Shown here in pieces: positions 28,830-35,423 of a stretch of 35,423 nucleotides of DNA. The position numbers and the translations under genes are program-made. Position 1 is the first letter of the stretch; each line of letters opens with the position of its first letter. The DNA lies in the sequence record SRR2962707_659. One strand, 5' to 3'. The notes under the pieces are model-generated. The model was given only the letters and a program-made list of their open reading frames with translations, did no database searches and was not told the origin of the DNA.

Positions 28830-28860
28830 ATGTAGGCTCTTGCGCGGCCTGCGCAAGAGC
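28830..28860 (-). promoter_or_regulatory. Putative sigma70 promoter of the PACE gene overlapped by a perfect 10-bp inverted repeat
   Basis: Minus strand CTTGCG-N16-CTACAT (rhizobial consensus CTTGAC-N17-CTATAT), which would place the start just 5' of riboswitch P1; GCTCTTGCGC-N5-GCGCAAGAGC at 28836-28860. Confidence 0.55.
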
Positions 28861-29019
28861 ATTCGCTGTGTCAGATTGGCCCGGAGCGGGGCTTTGTTAG
28901 CCGAAGTGGACTTTAAATCAGCCCTTGGGTGAAAGGGTTTTCTGCCTCTTTTCCTGTCTGGAAAGTGCCGTAATCCTGATCTTATTCAATGTTTTGCGGC
29001 GTTTTCCGGTCAGTCTGAT

Positions 29020-30603
29020 TCAGTTCTGCAACGCGGTATCGGCCTGGCCGGCAAATGACCGCACTGTCTTGAGTGCGCCTTCCAGTTGGTCGCCTTTCTC
29101 ATCAGCCAATGCCGCTTCGCGCAGTAATTTGCACCAATGTGCGGCGTCATCGCGCCCGGCAAGCAAAGCCACACCATCCATGACCCGGTCAAACTTTGAC
29201 AGGCCACGGGTGTGGGTGTCGGAATAGCCCTTGACCAGACGCCGGTTGCGCAAGGCTTCGACGCCGAGCGCGTAGTCGATCTTGCGGTAGGCCATCGCCC
29301 GATCAAGCCAGTTTTCCATGTGCTCTTTCTCAATCGCATGGCGCAGAGTGCCACGGCGGTACTTGCGAAGCCCGCCGAGTATGTAGAGCTGGGCAAAGGG
29401 CAGCAGCCGGTCTGTGCGTAGCCTGCGGCCCTTGTTGACCACCCTGTCGATCAATCGCATTGATCTTTCACTCTTGGAAAGGCGGCGGCCAAGCCGGGAC
29501 GGCATCATGCCGACGACTTCCTCTGCGCGTGGATGCATGAACTCGGTGAGCTTCATCTGCGTGCCTTCGGCAGGCGAGATCTCATTGCGTACACGGGCGA
29601 AGCGGCTGCCGCGGGTCTTCAGATCAGCCACACGAAACACGTCGTCATAGGCCATGGCCTTGGCAATATATTTGGCGGCCTCCAGGGTCAGTTCGTGATC
29701 TCTGGCTGGATCGTCCTGCGCCAGCACGGTCTCGAGCCGGTCGAGATACTCAGCCCCGTAGTCAAGATCCTGGAAATCAACGACTGCCCGCAGGCCGGTC
29801 TGGGCCATGTCGCGCACAGAGGCGGGCAGGGCGGCGGCCCGCGCTTCGAGGCTCTGCCATTGATCAACGAGATGCTTCGGGCCTGCAGGTGTGTTGCTCG
29901 TTGCGGTCGTTTTCGCTCCGGAATGCGGACGCTCGACCCAGCCGCGGGCGGCGCCTTCATACCCGCCTGCAAAGGCGCGCAAGCTGGCCTCGACACCGCG
30001 ACCGGATGCCTTGATAGCCGCTTCGAAGCTTTCGCGCTCGAAGGGCAGGGCGCCGGAGCCTGCGAGTGCGCCAAACAGGCTTGCCGAGATCATCGATCCG
30101 GCGTCAACCGCCATCTTTTCCATGTCGAAGGCGATGAAACGCCGGGAAGCAATTTCAGCTGCTGCAATCACTTCTTCGGAGTCTGCAATGCCATCTCCTG
30201 GCACCATTTTTTCAGACACCGCAAGCGCCCGGTGCGATGAGGCAATCAGGGTGGTGCGGTCAGGCGTCACAAAACCGCGCATGATGGCGCGTCCGGCTTC
30301 CATCATTTCGGCCGCCACCAGGATGTCGACGTCACCCGCAGCCGGCATCAGCGAAAACACAGGCATGCGGTCCTGAGCCGGGGCCATCTCCATGTAGTAG
30401 ATGGTCGCGCCGGTGCGCTGGGCGACGCCGGCCACGGATGTCGCCTGGACCACATAGCCGTTGCGGTGGGCACAATCTTCCACCCAATTGGTCAGAACGC
30501 CGCCGCCCTGGCCGCCAACGGCCATGATGGCGATCTTGATGATCTGATCGAGTGCGGTGTCGGGCTGCTTTGATTGCAGTTCTGTCTGTATGCTGGTTGC
30601 CAT
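29020..30603 (-). CDS. iorB: Indolepyruvate oxidoreductase subunit beta family protein (long form with C-terminal extension)
   Basis: AVGGQGGGVL, TSVAGVAQRTGATIYY, VADLK, RLVKGYSDTH; starts at ATG 30603 just after the iorA stop. Confidence 0.88.
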   Translation of the reverse strand: MATSIQTELQSKQPDTALDQIIKIAIMAVGGQGGGVLTNWVEDCAHRNGYVVQATSVAGVAQRTGATIYYMEMAPAQDRMPVFSLMPAAGDVDILVAAEMMEAGRAIMRGFVTPDRTTLIASSHRALAVSEKMVPGDGIADSEEVIAAAEIASRRFIAFDMEKMAVDAGSMISASLFGALAGSGALPFERESFEAAIKASGRGVEASLRAFAGGYEGAARGWVERPHSGAKTTATSNTPAGPKHLVDQWQSLEARAAALPASVRDMAQTGLRAVVDFQDLDYGAEYLDRLETVLAQDDPARDHELTLEAAKYIAKAMAYDDVFRVADLKTRGSRFARVRNEISPAEGTQMKLTEFMHPRAEEVVGMMPSRLGRRLSKSERSMRLIDRVVNKGRRLRTDRLLPFAQLYILGGLRKYRRGTLRHAIEKEHMENWLDRAMAYRKIDYALGVEALRNRRLVKGYSDTHTRGLSKFDRVMDGVALLAGRDDAAHWCKLLREAALADEKGDQLEGALKTVRSFAGQADTALQN

Positions 30604-30607
30604 GCGA

Positions 30608-32755
30608 TCAGGTCCGGACGAATTCGATGCGGCCGCTTGAGCGGCGCTGTTGAAGCCAAGCAATGGTGTTGCTGCGGATGGTGCCCAGCTTGCGTTCCAG
30701 CCATCCCGGATTGTGGACAACCTCGGCACGGAAGAACGATGGGCAGAGCACGGCGGCGTCTGCGACTTCGCCGCAATTGCCGCATCCGACGCAGCTCTGG
30801 TCGATGCTGGCGACAGGATCGTCCCTGAGCGGATCATCCAGTTTCTTGAGGGAAAGCGAAGGGCAGCCCGACAGGCGAATGCAGGCGTGATCGCCGGTGC
30901 AGACGTCTTCATCGATACCGAAACGCGGCTTTTCAACCCGACGGCCTTCTTTGATCGCCTTGTTCATCAGCGGCTTTTCACGGCGCTGCTTGTTGAGCAT
31001 GCATTCCGATGACGCGACGATGACCTTTGGACCGACATGGTCGGTGGTCAGGGCCTCATTGAGGATCTCGCGCATCTTGGGAACGTCATAGGTCCTGTCG
31101 ATCTGCCGGACCCACTTGACGCCGATACCCTTGAGCGCGTTGGCAATCGGTTGGCCGGTGGTTTTGGTGGGGTTGTTGGCGCGCGAGGACAGGATATCCT
31201 GTCCGCCGGTTGCTGCCGAATAGAAATTGTCGACAATCACGATGACGCCGTCGGATTTGTTGTAGACGGCGTTTCCTATGGAGGTGGACAGGCCGTTGTG
31301 CCAGAAGCCGCCGTCACCGATAATCGAAATCGAACGTTTGTCTCCGCCGCCATCGAAGGCCGCGTTGGATGCAGGGCCGAGGCCGTAGCCCATCGTTGAT
31401 CCGCCAATCTCGAACGGCGGCAATGTAGCAAACAGATGGCAGCCGATGTCGGCGGCGATCTGGTGCTTGCCATGCTCCATCTCTGTCAGTTTGATTGCGG
31501 CAAAAATTGGTCGTTCCGGGCAGCCGGTGCAGAAGCCTGGCGGGCGCATCGGAACCGTCTTGGAGAGATCGGGAAGGGCGGGCTTCTCCTCGGAATTGGG
31601 CGCGCGCAGACGCGCCGGCAGCAATTCGGGTGCTGCTTTCTTCAGGAAGGCTTCAAGGCCGTCGAGCATCACCTGGCCGGTGTATTCGCCGGCCATCGGC
31701 AGCATGTCCTTGCCATGCAATTTGATGGTGCGTCCGCTCTTGTAAAGGGCTGCCCCGAGGGCCTGTTCAATAAACTCAGGCTGGCCTTCCTCCACCACAA
31801 GAACCGCCGATTTGCCTTCGCAAAACTCGAAGAACTCATCATTGACCAGCGGGTAGGTGACGTTGAGCACGTAGAGCGGGATTTCGGTATCGCCGTGAAT
31901 GTCGGCCAGGCCAAGACGTTGCAGGGCGCGGATCACGCCATTGTACATGCCGCCCTGCAGAACGATGCCGACCGGTGCCTCGCTGGGGCCGAAGAACTCG
32001 TTGAGCTTGTGCTCGACGATGTATTTCTGTGCCGCCGGCCAGCGATTGTTGATCTTGTCGTGTTCCTGCAGATAGGACATCGGCGGCAGCACCACGCGAG
32101 CGTAGTCGCTGCGCGGCGTGGCGAGAGCGTCCTTGACGGTAAATGGCGGGCGCTTGTTGTCCTTCGCCTGGAAACTGCCGGTGACATGGCAGGAACGGAT
32201 ACGCACCATCAGCATGACCGGGGTGTTGGTGGCTTCCGACAGCTCAAACCCCTGATGCACCGATTGAACAATCGACGGCAGGTTGGGGCGCGGGTCGAGC
32301 AGCCACATCTGCGATTTCATCGCGAAAGCATGGCTGCGCTCCTGCATGATCGAGGAGCCTTCGCCGTAATCCTCGCCGATGATCACCAGCGCACCGCCGG
32401 TAACGCCGGAAGAGGACAGGTTTGCCAGTGCATCGGAGGCGACGTTGACGCCGACCGGTCCCTTGAAGGTGACGGCCCCCCGGATCGGGTAATGCACGGA
32501 CGCGGCCAGCATGGCCGCGGCTGCGGCTTCAGACGCATTGGCTTCGTAGCGAACCCCGAGCTCGGTAAGGATTTCCTCGGCATCGGCCAGCACATCCATC
32601 AGATGGCTGATCGGCGCACCCTGATAGCCTCCGACATAGCCCACTCCGGCTTCGAGAAGTGCTTTGGTCAGCGCCAGAATGCCTTCACCGGAAAAGGTTT
32701 CGCCTTCCCCGATCTTTAGTTTCTGGACTTCCTTGGCAAATGAACGTTCAGCCAT
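30608..32755 (-). CDS. iorA: Indolepyruvate ferredoxin oxidoreductase subunit alpha
   Basis: GYQGAP, RPPGFCTGCPER, TPP motif GDGGFWHNG...DN, C-terminal Fe-S motifs CTGDHACIRLSGCP and CVGCGNC. Confidence 0.93.
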   Translation of the reverse strand: MAERSFAKEVQKLKIGEGETFSGEGILALTKALLEAGVGYVGGYQGAPISHLMDVLADAEEILTELGVRYEANASEAAAAAMLAASVHYPIRGAVTFKGPVGVNVASDALANLSSSGVTGGALVIIGEDYGEGSSIMQERSHAFAMKSQMWLLDPRPNLPSIVQSVHQGFELSEATNTPVMLMVRIRSCHVTGSFQAKDNKRPPFTVKDALATPRSDYARVVLPPMSYLQEHDKINNRWPAAQKYIVEHKLNEFFGPSEAPVGIVLQGGMYNGVIRALQRLGLADIHGDTEIPLYVLNVTYPLVNDEFFEFCEGKSAVLVVEEGQPEFIEQALGAALYKSGRTIKLHGKDMLPMAGEYTGQVMLDGLEAFLKKAAPELLPARLRAPNSEEKPALPDLSKTVPMRPPGFCTGCPERPIFAAIKLTEMEHGKHQIAADIGCHLFATLPPFEIGGSTMGYGLGPASNAAFDGGGDKRSISIIGDGGFWHNGLSTSIGNAVYNKSDGVIVIVDNFYSAATGGQDILSSRANNPTKTTGQPIANALKGIGVKWVRQIDRTYDVPKMREILNEALTTDHVGPKVIVASSECMLNKQRREKPLMNKAIKEGRRVEKPRFGIDEDVCTGDHACIRLSGCPSLSLKKLDDPLRDDPVASIDQSCVGCGNCGEVADAAVLCPSFFRAEVVHNPGWLERKLGTIRSNTIAWLQQRRSSGRIEFVRT

Positions 32756-32773
32756 GCTGTGTAATTCCCGTCA

Positions 32774-33265
32774 TTAGAAATCGTGCTTGCGGATGTTCTT
32801 GAGCATTTTCTGCAGCGTCGTGACGAAGGCCTGGCGCTCCTCGGCACGGATATCCTTGAACATCTGGGCGTAGCTCTGCGCCATTGATGGCCAGAGTTGA
32901 TCAAGGGCTGCCCGGCCTGTGTCGGTGATGCCGATCCGGGTCACCCGGCTGTCATTGGGGTCGGAATCACGCCGTACCATTCCATCCGATGCAAGCTGGT
33001 CGAGAGCGCGGCTCAGCGTGGACTGTTCGACAACGGCGTAGACCGCCAGCTCGCTGATCGGCAGGGAATCAATGACAGAGAGCACCGCGAGCGCACGCAT
33101 CTTGGGCGTCGTCAGCCCAAGGCCGGTCATCTCCTGCCTCAGATCGGCATTGTAGCGCCCCATGATCCGGTTCATCAGGTAAGGCGCAAAATTGGACAGG
33201 CCGATTTCGCCCAGCCGCTGCAACGGCTCCAATTTTTCTGTTTCGGGTTTCGTGGTTTCGTTCAT
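32774..33265 (-). CDS. MarR-family transcriptional regulator
   Basis: Winged HTH: LTTPKMRAL, ISELA...EQSTLSRALDQL...DSRVTRIGIT. Confidence 0.93.
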   Translation of the reverse strand: MNETTKPETEKLEPLQRLGEIGLSNFAPYLMNRIMGRYNADLRQEMTGLGLTTPKMRALAVLSVIDSLPISELAVYAVVEQSTLSRALDQLASDGMVRRDSDPNDSRVTRIGITDTGRAALDQLWPSMAQSYAQMFKDIRAEERQAFVTTLQKMLKNIRKHDF

Positions 33266-34839
33266 CCGCCCAACCTCTTGGCCAACAGGAAGCCTGATCC
33301 TCCGCCAAGTCCCGGACCGGGATGGGTAGAGGCGCCGATGTGATGCAGGTTCTCAATGGCGGTTGCATTGTTCTTGCTGTGGGAAAACGGGCGCCAGATG
33401 AAGAACTGGTCCACCGCACAGGACCCGCCATAAGGGTCGCCGCCGACGAGATTGATGTTCATGGTTTCCAGATCCACCGGTGAGTAGGCCTTGCGCGCCA
33501 AAACGCTTTCGCCAAAACCTTCGATATGGTGAGCGAGGATCGCCTCGATGCGGTCGGCGAACGCCTCGCGGGTGGCCTCGCTCCAGACGCCGCCGGTGTC
33601 GATTTCGCCCGCAGCATCGCCCTTGATGCTGCGCGGTGCGTCCGGGATCTGCAGCCATAGGATGGACTTGCCGTCCGGGCAGCGGGTGGGATCGAGACGA
33701 TGAGGCTGGCCGACACAAATGGTTGGCGTTACCGGCAACATGCCGCGCTCGGCCTCGTTGGATGACTTTGAAACGGAATTGATGCTGTCTGCCAGATGGA
33801 TGAGGGCGACGTCGTCCAGCCCTTCCGTCTTCCATTTGACCGGACCATCAAGCGCGTAGTGCAACTGAAAATTGCCGCGGCCGTGGCGGAATTCGCCCAG
33901 ACCGGAAGTGACCTGTTCGGGAAGCGTCGCAGTGTCTTCGCGCAGCAGGCGATTGTAGAGCTGCCCGGGCGCTACCGAGCATATCACGTGGGAGGCCGAT
34001 ATCTCGCTGCCGTCGGCGAGCCTGACACCGGCTGCCTTGCCATTGCGCAGCAGGATTCGGTCGACGTCGGCATCGGCGCGCAGCTCGCCGCCATTGGCCT
34101 CGATCAGGCACTTGAAAGCAATGACGGCCTGGCTGGCGCCGCCCTTGATCACCGGTGCGCCGGCAGCCTCCAAGGCGAAGGCAATGACCTTGCCCATCTG
34201 GCTGCCATAGGCGGATTCGGTGGTCAGGCCGGTGTGCAATGCCCATGGTGCCCAGAGAGCCTGAACCAATTCTGACGTGTAGGTGCTTTCAAGCCAGGCG
34301 CGGGTGGGGCGCAGGGCCTCGCCCGTCCATGCGGCCAGACCACGCAGGCCGCGTTTCCAGGCCTGACTGATCATCAGCTTTGCCGTGGGCCAGCTCCACA
34401 ACTCGCCGCCGAGCAGTGCAAACAGGAAAGGTGCGTCGGCTTCGATCGCGCCGACATCGGCGCGGTGGCGGTCGCCTTCGCCAGCTGCGAGCATGTTGAA
34501 TGTCTTGATGTTGGAGGCCCGGTCGGTGGTCAAAACCAGTGACGAGCCGTCAGGGCGCAACACCGCCGTAGGGTGCGGCGTGTGGCAGAATTCCAGCCCA
34601 TGCCGCGCCAGATCAGATCCGAGCGCGGCATGGGCGGGGGAAGTCAGGAACAGTACAAAGGTGGCTGCCATCACGTCATGGTGGAAACCGGGCAGAGTAA
34701 TTTCCTCGGTACGCATGCAGCCGCCGAAGCGGCTCTCACGCTCGAGAACCAGCACACGCTTGCCTTTTGAGGAAAGCATGGCCGCGGCAACGAGCGAATT
34801 GATCCCGCTGCCCACGATGATGTGGTCAAAATCTGCCAT
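33262..34839 (-). CDS. NAD(P)/FAD-dependent oxidoreductase, phytoene dehydrogenase-like (COG1233)
   Basis: IVGSGINSLVAA, LPGFHHD, NLVGGDPYGG, IGASTHPGPGLGGGSG. Confidence 0.9.
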   Translation of the reverse strand: MADFDHIIVGSGINSLVAAAMLSSKGKRVLVLERESRFGGCMRTEEITLPGFHHDVMAATFVLFLTSPAHAALGSDLARHGLEFCHTPHPTAVLRPDGSSLVLTTDRASNIKTFNMLAAGEGDRHRADVGAIEADAPFLFALLGGELWSWPTAKLMISQAWKRGLRGLAAWTGEALRPTRAWLESTYTSELVQALWAPWALHTGLTTESAYGSQMGKVIAFALEAAGAPVIKGGASQAVIAFKCLIEANGGELRADADVDRILLRNGKAAGVRLADGSEISASHVICSVAPGQLYNRLLREDTATLPEQVTSGLGEFRHGRGNFQLHYALDGPVKWKTEGLDDVALIHLADSINSVSKSSNEAERGMLPVTPTICVGQPHRLDPTRCPDGKSILWLQIPDAPRSIKGDAAGEIDTGGVWSEATREAFADRIEAILAHHIEGFGESVLARKAYSPVDLETMNINLVGGDPYGGSCAVDQFFIWRPFSHSKNNATAIENLHHIGASTHPGPGLGGGSGFLLAKRLGG

Positions 34840-34867
34840 TGTCCCGGTCTCCGGCGCGTAAAGCGTG

Positions 34868-35423
34868 CTAGCCGCGAGCGACCAGCGCCATGGCGCGGAT
34901 CGGGCTGCCTGTGCCCTTGACGATCTTCAGCGGTGCCGCAATCAGGATGGCGCCCTTGGCAGGCAGCTTGTCGAGATTGGCGAGCGAAGCCAGACCGTAT
35001 TTGTTGGCCGCGTGCAGCAGATTGTGTGCCGGATAGGGCGGTTCCATGCCGCCGGCCTGGCCAGCGTCGGTGCCGATGCACTGGTTGCCCCAACCGATGA
35101 CGCCCTTGGACAGGATGTACTCGATGCAATCAACGGTCGGGCCAGGTGAATGCGGGCCGGTTTCATCGGCGTTGAGATAGGCTGCCTCATCGCCGGCGCG
35201 GGCATCCCAGTCGGAGCGCATCACGACCCATTCACCGGCCTTGATTTCACCATGCTTGGCTTCCCATGCCTTGACGCCGGCGGCATCGAGCAGGAAGTCG
35301 GGGTTCTTGGCGACTTCGGCGGAGCAGTCGATCACGTTGACCGGTGCGACGAAATTCTGTGGCTTAATGGAATCGGTGTAACCGTCGGCATAGTCCTTGC
35401 CGGTGATCCAGTGGTGCGGCGCA
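34868..35423 (-). CDS. Cyclase-family metal amidohydrolase, isatin hydrolase-like (5' truncated by window edge)
   Basis: Frame open to the window end (APHHWITGKDY..., the tail of the HxGTHxDAP motif); GPHSPGP, CIGTDAGQAGGMEPP, LASLANLDKLP, PLKIxxGTGSP; closely resembles Labrenzia isatin hydrolase as recalled. Confidence 0.88.
   Translation of the reverse strand, partial: APHHWITGKDYADGYTDSIKPQNFVAPVNVIDCSAEVAKNPDFLLDAAGVKAWEAKHGEIKAGEWVVMRSDWDARAGDEAAYLNADETGPHSPGPTVDCIEYILSKGVIGWGNQCIGTDAGQAGGMEPPYPAHNLLHAANKYGLASLANLDKLPAKGAILIAAPLKIVKGTGSPIRAMALVARG

Noticed and set aside
28755-28862. 36-codon N-terminal extension of the PACE ORF in the ORF track
   Set aside because: PACE homology starts at GTG 28754 with a GAGGT RBS; the extension is leader RNA and promoter.
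30604-30936. Long N-terminal extension of iorB overlapping iorA
   Set aside because: Open frame by chance; IorB-like sequence begins at ATG 30603 just after the iorA stop.
31436-32719. 427-aa plus-strand ORF antisense to iorA
   Set aside because: Shadow ORF in register with a real GC-rich gene; no recognisable motifs or RBS.
33262-34839. Carotenoid biosynthesis (phytoene desaturase) assignment
   Set aside because: No crtB/crtE/crtY neighbours; context points to indole/aromatic catabolism.

Overview
GC-rich alphaproteobacterial (Rhizobiales-type) chromosomal window. (1) 1-9731: distal part of a C-P lyase/phosphonate cluster (phnK end, phnL, hexapeptide acetyltransferase, phnC-D-E-E, DUF1045, phnM, phnN). 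It is interrupted by an oppositely oriented bluB with a cobalamin riboswitch, and an 11-bp-period Pho-box array precedes phnC. (2) 9807-22689: a small hypothetical protein, a chemoreceptor followed by a stand-alone secreted Cache/PDC-like protein, a metallophosphoesterase with a candidate Pho box, rhodanese, two flavoproteins, an orphan cbbF-type FBPase with an in-frame internal deletion, and CocE, alpha/beta and HAD hydrolases. (3) 22723-28235: a Dpp/Opp-family ABC transporter with a divergently transcribed Tat-exported binding protein. (4) 28305-28860: a PACE-family efflux gene whose leader contains two ACGA-tetraloop hairpins (guanidine-II/mini-ykkC riboswitch pattern). This is the most striking unexplained signal and suggests a guanidine-induced PACE exporter. 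(5) 29020-end: isatin hydrolase-like cyclase, FAD oxidoreductase, MarR, iorA, iorB, resembling an iad-type indole-3-acetate degradation locus. No CRISPR array, rRNA, tRNA or transposase was recognised. Family assignments come from motif recognition and recalled homologues; no searches were run.
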